Shown: piece by piece, positions 22,477 through 32,356 of the stretch
Layout: each line of letters opens with the position of its first letter
Position numbering within the stretch: the stretch's first letter is position 1
NCBI GenBank assembly: GCA_964473365.1
Contig: CAYYOV010000003.1
Coordinates: 57,139 to 121,138 of the forward strand
Origin: an uncultured Ignavibacteriaceae bacterium
Lineage (GTDB): Bacteria > Bacteroidota > Ignavibacteria > UBA10030
DNA length: 64,000 nucleotides
Direction: 5' to 3'
Notes under the pieces: model-generated
What the model was told of the DNA's origin: nothing
Seen by the model: only the letters and a program-made list of their open reading frames with translations
Database searches by the model: none
Translations under genes and position numbers: made by a program

Positions 22477-22773
22477 TCAGCCTCCTGCCTTCTTGAGATT
22501 TTCGTCCACCACGTGCTTCAGTTCTTTTGAGACCTTGAAGATGGGGACGTAGTGCTCATCCACCATCACCTGCTGACCCGTCCGGGGATTGCGGGCGATG
22601 CGGCCTTTGCGCTTCTTCACCTTGAAGCTCCCAAAGCCTCGGATCTCGATGTTCTTCCCCTCTTTCATCGCGTTGATGACGGTCTGAATGAATCCGTCCA
22701 CCACGGCCTCGGTTTCGACCTTCGTGAGTCCTGTAGCGGAAGCGATGACATCCACTATATCGGCCTTGGTCAC
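22477..22773 (-). CDS. HU-family DNA-binding protein
   Basis: GFGSFKVKKRKGRIARNPRTGQQV arm motif. 98 aa, GTG start. Confidence 0.9.
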   Translation of the reverse strand: MTKADIVDVIASATGLTKVETEAVVDGFIQTVINAMKEGKNIEIRGFGSFKVKKRKGRIARNPRTGQQVMVDEHYVPIFKVSKELKHVVDENLKKAGG

Positions 22774-22840
22774 ATGACCTCCTGCAATTACCGTTTGGTT
22801 CCGGTCGTACGTCGTCTGGTCGTGGCGTGCAGCACTTGGT

Positions 22841-23758
22841 TCAACGTTCGTCTGGCGTTGCGAGACGATACTGCAGAATGGGTCTCGACACCGCCTCGCG
22901 CCAATGCACGACGTCGGTGATCGTCTGTCCCATCAGATCTTCCAGGAACGACTTCCGCCTGCGTTCCCGCACAGTCCGGGGCGCCCCTTTGATCTCGCCG
23001 AGCGTACCGGCCAATGCGATCGCGTCCTCATACGTGCCGAGCGTATCGACGAATCCCCATCGAACAGCCTGGCGTCCCGTGAAGACCCGACCGTCGGCGT
23101 ACTTCTTCACGAGCTTCAGGTCCAATTTGCGCTCAGTCGCGACAACATTGACGAACTGATCATAGACGTCGCCGACGAGTTCAGCAAAATACGCCCGTTC
23201 TTGCGGCGTGGTCTTCCGGAACGGCGAGCCGATATCCTTGAGCTCACCGGATTTGAAGGTCGAGGATTCAACGCCGAGCTTCTTGAACAACTCTTCGAAA
23301 TGCAGGAACTGAAAGATAACGCCGATGCTGCCGGTCAATGTCCCCGGGTTCGCCATGATTCTATTGGCGCCGCAAGCCACGTAGTATCCACCGCTCGCAG
23401 CGACAGACCCCATCGAAACGACCACAGGCTTGCCGCTCTCACGCGTCTTCTTGACCTCTTCGTAGATCTCCTGGCTGGCCGAGACACCACCGCCAGGTGA
23501 GTCGATACGGAAGACGATGGCCTTAACCGACGATGTCTCGCGATATTTGCGAAACTGTCGGACGGTCTCTTCGGACGACATGATCGGCTCGGTGAGTTCG
23601 ATCAAGGCGACTTTGCCACCGCTCCCAGACGCCACGGTCTCTTCCTCGGTCTCTCCACCTGAGAGCATGGCCACCACGGTCAGCACAAAGAGCGCGGCAA
23701 GGGCGACCAGAACGGTCACAATGCCTATCACCCATTTGCCAGTTGTGCTGAGTGCCAT
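22841..23758 (-). CDS. sppA: Signal peptide peptidase SppA (36K type)
   Basis: N-terminal TM, SPGGGVSAS and MGSVAASGGYY motifs of the S49 family. Confidence 0.85.
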   Translation of the reverse strand: MALSTTGKWVIGIVTVLVALAALFVLTVVAMLSGGETEEETVASGSGGKVALIELTEPIMSSEETVRQFRKYRETSSVKAIVFRIDSPGGGVSASQEIYEEVKKTRESGKPVVVSMGSVAASGGYYVACGANRIMANPGTLTGSIGVIFQFLHFEELFKKLGVESSTFKSGELKDIGSPFRKTTPQERAYFAELVGDVYDQFVNVVATERKLDLKLVKKYADGRVFTGRQAVRWGFVDTLGTYEDAIALAGTLGEIKGAPRTVRERRRKSFLEDLMGQTITDVVHWREAVSRPILQYRLATPDER

Positions 23759-23787
23759 GGTCGTTCTAAGTCATTGATATAACACAA

Positions 23788-23816
23788 ATTATAGGCAAAG
23801 ACCAAAGCAAAGTCAA
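23788..23816 (-). promoter_or_regulatory. Near-consensus sigma70-type promoter for sppA (TTGACT-17-TATAAT)
   Basis: Minus-strand hexamers at 23816-23811 and 23793-23788, spacer exactly 17 nt, about 30 nt upstream of ATG 23758. Confidence 0.55.
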
Positions 23817-23846
23817 CAAAAAACCCCCGAACTCGTGGTCCGGGGG
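23815..23846 (-). terminator. Rho-independent terminator after trxB
   Basis: Minus-strand CCCCCGGAC-CACGA-GUUCGGGGG hairpin followed by UUUUUUGUUG. Confidence 0.75.
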
Positions 23847-23871
23847 TCGAGAGAAAGCATTGATGGGCAGG

Positions 23872-24816
23872 CTATTGGTGGTGGGACAGGAACCGTTCAG
23901 CGTCAATGGCCGCCTGGCATCCTGATCCCGCCGCCGTCACCGCTTGACGATATGTCGGGTCGGCGACATCTCCCGCGGCAAAGACACCCGGGATGTTCGT
24001 GGCCGTCGAACGACCCTTCGTGAGGAGGTATCCGACCTCATCAGCATCGAGCTGTCCCTGGAACAGCGACGTATTGGGCTGGTGCCCGATGGCAATGAAA
24101 AGTCCGTCGCACGGAAAATCAGTCAAAGCACCGGTCTTGAGGTTCTTCAGCCTCAATCCTGTTAATTTCTTGTGACCGTTCTCGGTCGTTCCCAGGACCT
24201 CATCGACCGTCGTATCCCAGATGAATTCGATCTTCGGGTTCTTGCGCGTGCGTTCTTGCATGACCTTCGAAGCCCGAAGCGAGTCCCTCCTGTGAATGAC
24301 CGTGACCTTGGCGGCGTGCTTTGTGAGATAGTCGGCCTCTTCCATCGCGGTGTCACCGCCACCGATGACCACCACATGTTGGTTCTTGAAAAAGAACCCG
24401 TCGCAGGTTGCGCAGGCAGAGACACCGTACCCCATGAAGTCCTGCTCCGACGGCAAGCCCAGCAGCTTGGCTGTCGCACCTGTTGCTACGATCAGGGCAT
24501 CGGCAAAATACGTCTCCCCATCCGCCTCAAGCTTGAACGGGCGTTTGGACAGGTCCACGGCATCCACTGTCTTGTAGATCGAGGTGGCACCGAACCGGTG
24601 CGCCTGCTTCCGAAATTGTTCCATCATGTCGGGTCCCATCAACCCGTCCGGAAATCCGGGATAGTTCTCGACCTCGGTCGTGATCGTCAATTGGCCGCCC
24701 GGCTGATGTCCCTCAAAGATCACAGGGCTCAGGTTGGCACGTCCGGCATACAGTGCTGCCGTGAAGCCGGCCGGGCCGGACCCAATAATGACGAGCTTGT
24801 GATGATTGTCAGCCAT
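23872..24816 (-). CDS. trxB: Thioredoxin-disulfide reductase
   Basis: GSGPAG FAD motif, redox-active CATCDG and GGGDTAMEEA NADPH motif. 314 aa. Confidence 0.92.
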   Translation of the reverse strand: MADNHHKLVIIGSGPAGFTAALYAGRANLSPVIFEGHQPGGQLTITTEVENYPGFPDGLMGPDMMEQFRKQAHRFGATSIYKTVDAVDLSKRPFKLEADGETYFADALIVATGATAKLLGLPSEQDFMGYGVSACATCDGFFFKNQHVVVIGGGDTAMEEADYLTKHAAKVTVIHRRDSLRASKVMQERTRKNPKIEFIWDTTVDEVLGTTENGHKKLTGLRLKNLKTGALTDFPCDGLFIAIGHQPNTSLFQGQLDADEVGYLLTKGRSTATNIPGVFAAGDVADPTYRQAVTAAGSGCQAAIDAERFLSHHQ

Positions 24817-24941
24817 AGCGTTCCTCGAGCGTCCTCAGCGGGATGGTGCGATGATCAATGCAAGATCGCCGGTTCCATGGCAGCCATAGACCTGAAGCGA
24901 AGCCCCATTCCTCATGGCAAGCCCTTCCTCGGCGAATTCTC

Positions 24942-25889
24942 TTATGTATGATGCCTTGTTTTCTTCAACGATTCAAGGTTTGTACGAACATTGCGCATGA
25001 AGCCAGCGTGCTTCGGACGAGTAATCGGAGAGCCTTTGAATCGTTCGGAAAACTCCTCTTCGGTCATTTCAGCCAGGTCCTTCAGAAGCGGGGCGACAAG
25101 ACCAGGCCGTGGTAGAAATCCATCCTCGTCCGTCGGTTGCTCAAACCGGTTCCATGGACAGACGTCCTGGCAGATGTCGCATCCATAGACCCAGCCACCC
25201 AGTTCATCGGACTGCGGCTCCGGGATGGCGGTTCGATGTTCGATCGTCAGATATGAGATACACCGGGACGCATCGAGGACGTAGGGTTCCGGAAAAGCCT
25301 TCGTCGGGCAGGCATCCAGGCACGCTCTGCACGTGCCGCAGTGGTCCACCGCAGGTTCATCGGGGTCCAGGGAAGCGGTCGTCAGCAGCGATCCCAAAAA
25401 GACCCACGAGCCAGCCTGTCGAGTAATGACATTCGTGTGTTTCCCGACCCAGCCAATTCCCGATCGTGCCGCCCAAGCCTTCTCCATGACCGGGCCGGTA
25501 TCAACGTAGGCTCTCGTTACTGCCCCCGGAACTTCCCGCCGGATGAATTCGGCGAGTTGTTCGACCTTCCGAAGGACGATGTCATGATAGTCGTCCCCCC
25601 AGGCATACCGTGAGACCTTCGCCGTATCTGTCGATTCGGAGTGGCGGAATGGCGTGAAGTAGTTGACGGCAACGATGACGACCGATCGCACGGACGGGAC
25701 CACGCGCATTGGATCGATCCGTTCGGCCGCGCGTCGGGCCATCCAACCCATGGACGCATGATATCCGCGGTCCAACCACTCCCGAAGCCGGTCGCCCTCG
25801 GGCGTCAACGACGCGGCAGGGGCTATGCCGATGCCAATACAGCCGATGCGATGCGCTTCCTGCTTCAGGCGAGCGGTCAGCGTGGCCAT
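24942..25889 (-). CDS. queG: Epoxyqueuosine reductase
   Basis: DYHDIV region and two 4Fe-4S motifs (CGTCRACLDACP, CDICQDVCPWN), consistent with QueG. Confidence 0.9.
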   Translation of the reverse strand: MATLTARLKQEAHRIGCIGIGIAPAASLTPEGDRLREWLDRGYHASMGWMARRAAERIDPMRVVPSVRSVVIVAVNYFTPFRHSESTDTAKVSRYAWGDDYHDIVLRKVEQLAEFIRREVPGAVTRAYVDTGPVMEKAWAARSGIGWVGKHTNVITRQAGSWVFLGSLLTTASLDPDEPAVDHCGTCRACLDACPTKAFPEPYVLDASRCISYLTIEHRTAIPEPQSDELGGWVYGCDICQDVCPWNRFEQPTDEDGFLPRPGLVAPLLKDLAEMTEEEFSERFKGSPITRPKHAGFMRNVRTNLESLKKTRHHT

Positions 25890-25892
25890 CGG

Positions 25893-26231
25893 TCAGAACG
25901 CCGGAAACTTCGGCACGGGGACCGGTCCGGCCCACACCATCCCGTCGACCACCCGCGACGGAACGATCGTCAGCCGCCCTGCGCCATCTCTGCATCGACC
26001 ATCCTCGAGGTCGAACGTGCGGCCATGAAGCGGGCAGGTCAGCGCACCGTCCGCCAGGGTTCCCTCGTGCAGCATCGCTGCCTGCTGGTGTGGACAGCGA
26101 TTCACGACCACGACGGAACCCTTCGGGGTCGACGCCACGACGACCGATCCGCCGTCGAGCTCCGCCGCAATGAGCGGATTCCGCCGCAGCTGTTCCACCG
26201 TGACAAGAGCCGACATGCCCTCGGGCATCAT
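25893..26231 (-). CDS. Small Rieske [2Fe-2S] protein (NirD-like)
   Basis: Rieske ligands CPHQ...CPLHG. 3-nt gap to queG and 4-nt overlap with the upstream MBL gene. Confidence 0.75.
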   Translation of the reverse strand: MMPEGMSALVTVEQLRRNPLIAAELDGGSVVVASTPKGSVVVVNRCPHQQAAMLHEGTLADGALTCPLHGRTFDLEDGRCRDGAGRLTIVPSRVVDGMVWAGPVPVPKFPAF

Positions 26232-27073
26232 TCGATCCTCAGCGTGCGGTCGACCACGTAGCCCTTTTCTGTCGAGCGGAGCGTGACCGCGTGGACGTTG
26301 GGGTCATGCTGGAGAAACAAGATCCACCCTTCGTCACACGCACGCGGCAAGAGCCGCTTCTTTTCTTCGAGGGTCACGAGCGGCCGAAGGTCGTACCCCA
26401 TGATGTACGCATAGGGAATGTGCGACGCCGTCGGGACGAGGTCGCAGCAGAAGAGCATGGTCGTCTTCCCGTCGGAGATCTTCGGCAGTTGTTGCGCGGT
26501 CGTATGACCGTTGCAGACGATCATCTCGATGCCGGGGAACACTTCCCGCTGTCCGTCGATCAATTCGAGCACGCCAGCTTCCCAGAGCGGCATATAGTCG
26601 TCCGGCATGAATGACGCACGGTCTCGATCTGTCGGTTGTTTGGACCATTCCCAGTGATCGCGCTGGACGTAGAAGGTCGCGTTCGGGAATGACGGGACCA
26701 CGCGCCCCTGTCGGCGCGTCGTCGATCCGCCGGCGTGATCGAAATGCAGATGGGTTAGGATGACGTCAGTCACGTCCTCTGGCCGCACACCGCACGCCTT
26801 CAGCGAACGGTGCAGGTCGCTTTCGGTCACGTCGAGCCGGTAGATCTCCTTGAGCTTGTCGTTCCACTTGTCTCCATTGCCGTTGTCGACGAGGATGGTG
26901 CGCCCGTCGCCCCGGATCAGAAGGCTGCGGGCCGCCAGCTGGATGCGTTGTCGCTCATCAGGAGGATTGGTGCGCGACCAGAACACCCAGGGCACAATAC
27001 CGAACATCGCGCCGCCGTCGAGTGAGAAGCGTCCGGTCTCGAGAGCCGTGATCGTATAGGGTCCGATGGTCAT
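26228..27073 (-). CDS. MBL-fold metallo-hydrolase
   Basis: HLHFDHAGG metal-binding motif. 281 aa. Confidence 0.75.
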   Translation of the reverse strand: MTIGPYTITALETGRFSLDGGAMFGIVPWVFWSRTNPPDERQRIQLAARSLLIRGDGRTILVDNGNGDKWNDKLKEIYRLDVTESDLHRSLKACGVRPEDVTDVILTHLHFDHAGGSTTRRQGRVVPSFPNATFYVQRDHWEWSKQPTDRDRASFMPDDYMPLWEAGVLELIDGQREVFPGIEMIVCNGHTTAQQLPKISDGKTTMLFCCDLVPTASHIPYAYIMGYDLRPLVTLEEKKRLLPRACDEGWILFLQHDPNVHAVTLRSTEKGYVVDRTLRIE

Positions 27074-27142
27074 CGGCGGGCCAGAAAATGAACGAGTCGG
27101 CCTATCTGGGACAGGCCGACTCGGTCGTGAGCAGCTATGGAC

Positions 27143-27493
<351 letters not shown>

Positions 27494-27503
27494 TCAGAAA
27501 GAC

Positions 27504-27887
27504 CTAGGATGGTGAACTCGTCAAGTCGATCGTGATGCGGGGATACAGAGGTGCTCCGAGCGGAGACGTCTCCTGGGCCAGTCCCTCGATCCAACGACGC
27601 ACGTCGGCCTGCAGAACGCCCGACTCGATCCGACGGTGGACCTTCGGATAGCGCGAAAGCTTGTCGCCAGCCTTTCGAAGTTGACTCGCCATGCCCCGCA
27701 GATTACCGCTTTGGTGGTGGTAGAAACCAGCCGCCACCTGGATCAGGGCCTGCAGAAAGCTCCTGTCGGCGTCACGAACCTCGTGCCAGAGGTCTTCCCA
27801 GACCTCGTGCGCCTCGAAGAATTCCTGCCGGTTGAAGCGCTCAATGCCCTCTTCGAACCTCTTGTCCCAACCCAAAAAAGTATACAC
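27504..27887 (-). CDS. DUF309 domain protein
   Basis: FNRQEFFEAHEVWEDLW...LQALIQVAAGFYH matches the remembered DUF309 pattern. Confidence 0.6.
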   Translation of the reverse strand: MYTFLGWDKRFEEGIERFNRQEFFEAHEVWEDLWHEVRDADRSFLQALIQVAAGFYHHQSGNLRGMASQLRKAGDKLSRYPKVHRRIESGVLQADVRRWIEGLAQETSPLGAPLYPRITIDLTSSPS

Positions 27888-27998
27888 GATTAACGGCGGA
27901 AATGCAATGCGAGAACGGCGAATTCAGGCCAGAATACGAGACCTGCGATACTTTGCAATCATCGAACCTGGTCCAAAGCTGCCAGGCAGTCATGAGTA

Positions 27999-28631
27999 CT
28001 ACAGATACCGATGTTCGACGATCTTGTTCCCTTCGTACACGTAGAGCAAGGGCGCGCCGGTCGGGATATTGAGTTCGAGGACCTCTTCTTTCGTGAGGTT
28101 ATCGAGATGCATCACGATGGACCGGAGGCTGTTGCCGTGGGCTGCAACGATCACGTCCTTCCCGGCCAGCACATCGGGCATGATCTTGCTCTGGAAGTAC
28201 GGCAACGTCCGTGCAGCCGTGTCCTTGAGGCTCTCGCTGATCCCCTCGGGGTTGAGGTCGGTCTTGTCCTTTGGGGGTGGGACGTCGTAACTGCGCCGCC
28301 AGATCTTCAGCTGCGCTTCACCGTATTGTGCTCCGATCTCGGCCTTGTTCTTTCCCTGCAACGCGCCATAGTGCCGTTCGTTCAGGGCCTGGTCACGCTC
28401 GATCGGAAGGTCCTTCTGGCCGGTGATGCCAAGGACGATGTCGAGCGTCTTGATCGCCCGCTGCAGGACCGATGTGTAGCCTTTGTGGAACCGGTATCCC
28501 TTGAGCTTTTCACCGGCCGCACGAGCCTCTTGTTCGCCTTTCGGCGAGAGGGGGATGTCCACCCATCCGGTGAAGCGGTTCTCGAGATTCCATTGTGATT
28601 CGCCGTGGCGCAGCAAGAGCAGTCGGGGCAT
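27999..28631 (-). CDS. gpmA: 2,3-bisphosphoglycerate-dependent phosphoglycerate mutase
   Basis: LLLLRHGESQWN catalytic His motif and AAHGNSLR. Start trimmed to MPRLLLL (ATG 28631). Confidence 0.9.
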   Translation of the reverse strand: MPRLLLLRHGESQWNLENRFTGWVDIPLSPKGEQEARAAGEKLKGYRFHKGYTSVLQRAIKTLDIVLGITGQKDLPIERDQALNERHYGALQGKNKAEIGAQYGEAQLKIWRRSYDVPPPKDKTDLNPEGISESLKDTAARTLPYFQSKIMPDVLAGKDVIVAAHGNSLRSIVMHLDNLTKEEVLELNIPTGAPLLYVYEGNKIVEHRYL

Positions 28632-28644
28632 GGTTCCTCCGTCG

Positions 28645-31600
28645 TCAAACGTTGAAGTATCGGGCTTCGGGGTGATGCACAATGATGGCGCTCGTGGATT
28701 GTTCCGGCTCCAGCTGAAATTCCTCGCTGAGCGCGACGTCGATCCGTTCTGGCCTCAGGAGTTCGAACAGCAGCGCCTGGTCCTCCAAATTCGGGCAGGC
28801 AGGGTACCCAAAGGAGTACCGGGCACCCTGATAGCCCTGGCTGAAGAGCCGACGGATCTCGGGCGCATCCTTGCCGGCGATCCCCAGTTCCTGGCGGATG
28901 CGTTGATGCCAGAGTTCCGCCAGCGCTTCGGCGCTCTCCACACTCAATCCGTGAAAGTACAGGTAGTCCTTGTAGTTATTGTCATCGAACAGCCGGCGTG
29001 AGTGGTCCGACGCCTTCCGCCCGACGGTCACCAGATGCATCGGGAGCACATCGATGCGGTTGGAATCGACGGAGGCAAAGAAGTCGGAGATACAGAGCTG
29101 ACGATCTTTCAACTGCCGCGGGAACGTGATGCGTCCGCGGACCGCATGTGTAGAAGGCGACTCGCCTTCAGCGGGCGGTTCGTAGATCACGAGATCGTTG
29201 CCGTCCGATTGGCACGGGAAATATCCGTACACCACCTTCGGTTCCAGCAGCCCTTTTTCGCGCACCTCGTCCTTCAGGGCCCGATATTCTGGCATCACCT
29301 TTTCGCGCAAGATCGTGTCGTACGCCTCCTGCGTCAGCTTTCCCTTCACGATGCGCCACTGGCCCCGGATGAGCGCGACGTCGTTAATGTATTGGTAGAC
29401 CGTCTCCACGGGTATTTCGGTCACAACCTTCGAACCCCAGAACGGTGGAGTCGGGATCGGCACGTCACGCGACACGGATGAACGGAGAGGCATGGCTGTA
29501 TTCCCCTCCGCTTCCGCCATGGCGATCTTGGCCTCCGAACCGGTCAGAGCGGGTTCATCGTCGGAGGCGGCCGAGGTGGTCGCGGGGTCAGCCGTCGGGA
29601 GCGAGCCCGTGATGATCTGCTCCATCAGCCGAAGGCCATCGAAGGCATCGTTCGCATAGAGGACGGGACCTTTCGCGACCGCGCGGAGGTCCTGTTCGAC
29701 GTAGCGCCGCGTCAATGCCGCGCCGCCCAGGATGACTGGCGTAGCAAGCCCGCGTTCCGCCATCACTTCGAGGTTCTCCTTCATCACCAGGGTCGACTTC
29801 ACCAATAATCCGCTCATGCCGATGGCGTCGGCCCGATGTTCTTCGGCCGCGTGTAGCATGGTCTCCACAGGGGTCTTGATGCCCAGATTGACGACCTTGA
29901 AGCCGTTGTTCGTGAGGATGATGTCGACGAGGTTCTTCCCGATGTCGTGCACGTCTCCCTTGACCGTGGCGATGACCATCGTGCCTTTCGCACGTCCGTC
30001 CTTCTTCTCCATGTGCGGTTCCAGGTACGCAACCGCGGCCTTCATGACCTCGGCCGACTGAAGCACGAACGGCAACTGCATCTGGCCTGACCCAAAGAGA
30101 TCCCCGACCACCTTCATCCCCCCAAGCAGGACGTCATTGATGATCGAAAGGGCCTGTCGGGTCTTCAATGCTTCGTCCAAGTCGGGCTGGAGACCCACGC
30201 GATCCCCATCGATGATCCGTCGCTGGAGCCGTTCCTCGATGGTACCGGCCGGACCGGCAACGGAGGCTCGTTCCTGCTTGGCGCCGGCATAGTGATTCAT
30301 CAGCTCGGTCAACGGGTCGGAGGCCACGGTTCGATCGGCTCCCGTTCCCGTGAAGGTGCGCTCGTCAAAGACGAGCCGACGACAGTATTCGTGTGCCTGG
30401 GGGTCGAGCTTGTACAGCGGGATGATCTTCGATGCGTGGACGATCGCCATGTCGAGCCCTGCCTCGACGGCGGCGTGGAGGAAGACCGAGTTCAACGCCG
30501 CCCGGGAAGCCGGCGCCAATCCGAACGAAATATTGCTCACGCCGAGGATCGTATGGACCCCGGGAAGCTCATGCTTGATCCTCCGGATGGCCTCGATCGT
30601 CTCGATGCCCGCCCTCCGGAATTCCTCGTCGCCCGAGCCAAGCGTGAACGTGAGCGTATCGAAGATGATGTCGTGTGGACGCATGCCATGCTTGCCGACG
30701 GCCAGGTCGTAGATCCGACGTGCAATGGCCAGCTTCGCGTCCGCCGTCTTGGCCATGCCCTTCTCATCGATCGTCAGGGCGATGACCGCCGCGCCGTACT
30801 GCTTGCAGATGCGGACGATCCGTTCGAGCCGTTCTTCACCGTCCTCGAGATTGATGGAATTCACGACCGCCTTGCCCGCGATCCGCTGCAACGACTCCTC
30901 GATCACCGGCGGTTCCGTGGAATCAATGACGAGCGGGACCGTGATCTGCTGATTGAACCGTGAAATGACCTGCGCAGCATCCGCGATCTCATTGCGGCCG
31001 ACGTATGCGACGCAGACGTCCAGCAGGTGCACCTGTTCACGCACCTGCTCCTTCCCCATTGCCACGATCCCTTCCCAGTCCTCCTTCGCCAGCAGATCCC
31101 GGAACAGCTTGCTGCCGTTGGCGTTCGTCCGCTCGCCGACGAGCGTGGGCGGATTATCCACTTTGAACGGGGACGCCTGATAGAGGCTTGAAGCGGCGGG
31201 AACGAACTGCGGCGTGCGGACCTTCGGCGTCAGACCTTCGACGGCCCTGACGAGCTGACGGATGTGCTCCTGCGTTGTGCCGCAGCATCCGCCGACGATC
31301 GATACTCCCAGGTCTTTCACGAAGTGCGACATAGACCGGACGAGCTCTTCGGGCGTCAGCTTGTAGTGGGCGTGACCACCGATGTTCTCCGGAATACCCG
31401 CATTGGGCATGACAAAGATCGGCAGCGGCGAAACATCCGAAAGCGTCCGGATGTGCTCGGACATCTCCTGCGGCCCCGTTGCGCAATTCAGCCCAAAGAC
31501 GTCGACATCGAACGGTTCGATCGCAGTGAGCGCGGCCGTGATCTCCGTTCCCAACAGCATTGTGCCCATCGATTCGATCGTCACGGAGACGATGATCGGG

Positions 31601-32157
31601 ACTCGTCGACGGATATCCGCAAAATATCGTTGGGCACCGTGAAGAGCCGCCTTTGCCTGCAGGACATCCTGGACCGTTTCGATGCACAGCAGGTCAACGC
31701 CCCCTTCGACAAGTCCACGCGTCTGCACGTAGTAGCCGTCAGACATGTCCTTGAACGAGATGTGTCCGAGCGACGGGAGCTTGGTCGTAGGGCCCATCGA
31801 ACCGGCAACGAATCGGGGGTGAGCGGATGTTGCGAACGACGAGGCGATCTGGCGGGCGATCTGCGCGGACCTTCTGTTCAGCTCCTCCGCACGGTCCTGG
31901 AGCCCATATTCGGCCAGCACGATATTCGTCGACCCGAACGAATTGGTCTCGATGACATCGCAACCGGCCTCGAGGTAGTCGGAATGGACGCGTTCGACGG
32001 CGGACGGCTTGGAGACGACGAGATACTCGTTGCAGCCGGCCAGCGCTTCACCGCCAAAATCATCGGCCGTGAGGTTCTGTCCCTGCAAATGCGTACCTGT
32101 GGCCCCGTCAAAGACGAGGACTTTGTCCCGAAGCCGCGATAGGAACTGAGATGTCAT
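28645..32157 (-). CDS. metH: Cobalamin-dependent methionine synthase
   Basis: 1170 aa with Hcy-binding, pterin-binding, B12-binding (GDVHDIGKN) and AdoMet-activation modules in the canonical order. Confidence 0.95.
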   Translation of the reverse strand: MTSQFLSRLRDKVLVFDGATGTHLQGQNLTADDFGGEALAGCNEYLVVSKPSAVERVHSDYLEAGCDVIETNSFGSTNIVLAEYGLQDRAEELNRRSAQIARQIASSFATSAHPRFVAGSMGPTTKLPSLGHISFKDMSDGYYVQTRGLVEGGVDLLCIETVQDVLQAKAALHGAQRYFADIRRRVPIIVSVTIESMGTMLLGTEITAALTAIEPFDVDVFGLNCATGPQEMSEHIRTLSDVSPLPIFVMPNAGIPENIGGHAHYKLTPEELVRSMSHFVKDLGVSIVGGCCGTTQEHIRQLVRAVEGLTPKVRTPQFVPAASSLYQASPFKVDNPPTLVGERTNANGSKLFRDLLAKEDWEGIVAMGKEQVREQVHLLDVCVAYVGRNEIADAAQVISRFNQQITVPLVIDSTEPPVIEESLQRIAGKAVVNSINLEDGEERLERIVRICKQYGAAVIALTIDEKGMAKTADAKLAIARRIYDLAVGKHGMRPHDIIFDTLTFTLGSGDEEFRRAGIETIEAIRRIKHELPGVHTILGVSNISFGLAPASRAALNSVFLHAAVEAGLDMAIVHASKIIPLYKLDPQAHEYCRRLVFDERTFTGTGADRTVASDPLTELMNHYAGAKQERASVAGPAGTIEERLQRRIIDGDRVGLQPDLDEALKTRQALSIINDVLLGGMKVVGDLFGSGQMQLPFVLQSAEVMKAAVAYLEPHMEKKDGRAKGTMVIATVKGDVHDIGKNLVDIILTNNGFKVVNLGIKTPVETMLHAAEEHRADAIGMSGLLVKSTLVMKENLEVMAERGLATPVILGGAALTRRYVEQDLRAVAKGPVLYANDAFDGLRLMEQIITGSLPTADPATTSAASDDEPALTGSEAKIAMAEAEGNTAMPLRSSVSRDVPIPTPPFWGSKVVTEIPVETVYQYINDVALIRGQWRIVKGKLTQEAYDTILREKVMPEYRALKDEVREKGLLEPKVVYGYFPCQSDGNDLVIYEPPAEGESPSTHAVRGRITFPRQLKDRQLCISDFFASVDSNRIDVLPMHLVTVGRKASDHSRRLFDDNNYKDYLYFHGLSVESAEALAELWHQRIRQELGIAGKDAPEIRRLFSQGYQGARYSFGYPACPNLEDQALLFELLRPERIDVALSEEFQLEPEQSTSAIIVHHPEARYFNV

Positions 32158-32356
32158 GAATGCGTTCTGGATCGTTGAGAAATGAAAAACCCCGACACGT
32201 GCGTCGGGGCACTCCAGTCCCGCCGACGCTTTAGCACTTGAATGAAGCGTGGCGGCAAGCTGTCATCAAATGGCCACATCGAAATGTACCACGAAGACGG
32301 TCCAGATGCACCACTCAATCAGGGAAAGACCCGCAGGATTCGGGCCACAAGCTACA
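32158..32356 (-). promoter_or_regulatory. metH 5' leader with intrinsic terminator (candidate attenuator or riboswitch, class unassigned)
   Basis: 199-nt gap. Hairpin CCCCGAC-GCACGU-GUCGGGG (32209-32190) plus U5 (32189-32185) ends 27 nt before the metH ATG. An upstream 5+5-bp helix CCGCC-A-CGCUU/AAGCG-UC-GGCGG is also present. Confidence 0.35.

Noticed and set aside
24835-24915. 26-codon ORF (MRNGASLQVYGCHGTGDLALIIAPSR) with an AGGAAGG Shine-Dalgarno-like sequence between queG and trxB
   Set aside because: There is no recognisable family, it is very short, and there is no independent evidence. It could equally be chance within the trxB promoter and leader. Worth a look only if Ribo-seq data exist.
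32158-32356. SAM-I or cobalamin riboswitch upstream of metH
   Set aside because: Fragments resembling SAM-I elements occur (GUGCUAA, GGGACUGG) but in the wrong 5'-to-3' order. I could not find a B12 box or the GGUG..AAUCC core on the gene strand. It is kept only as an unclassified leader.
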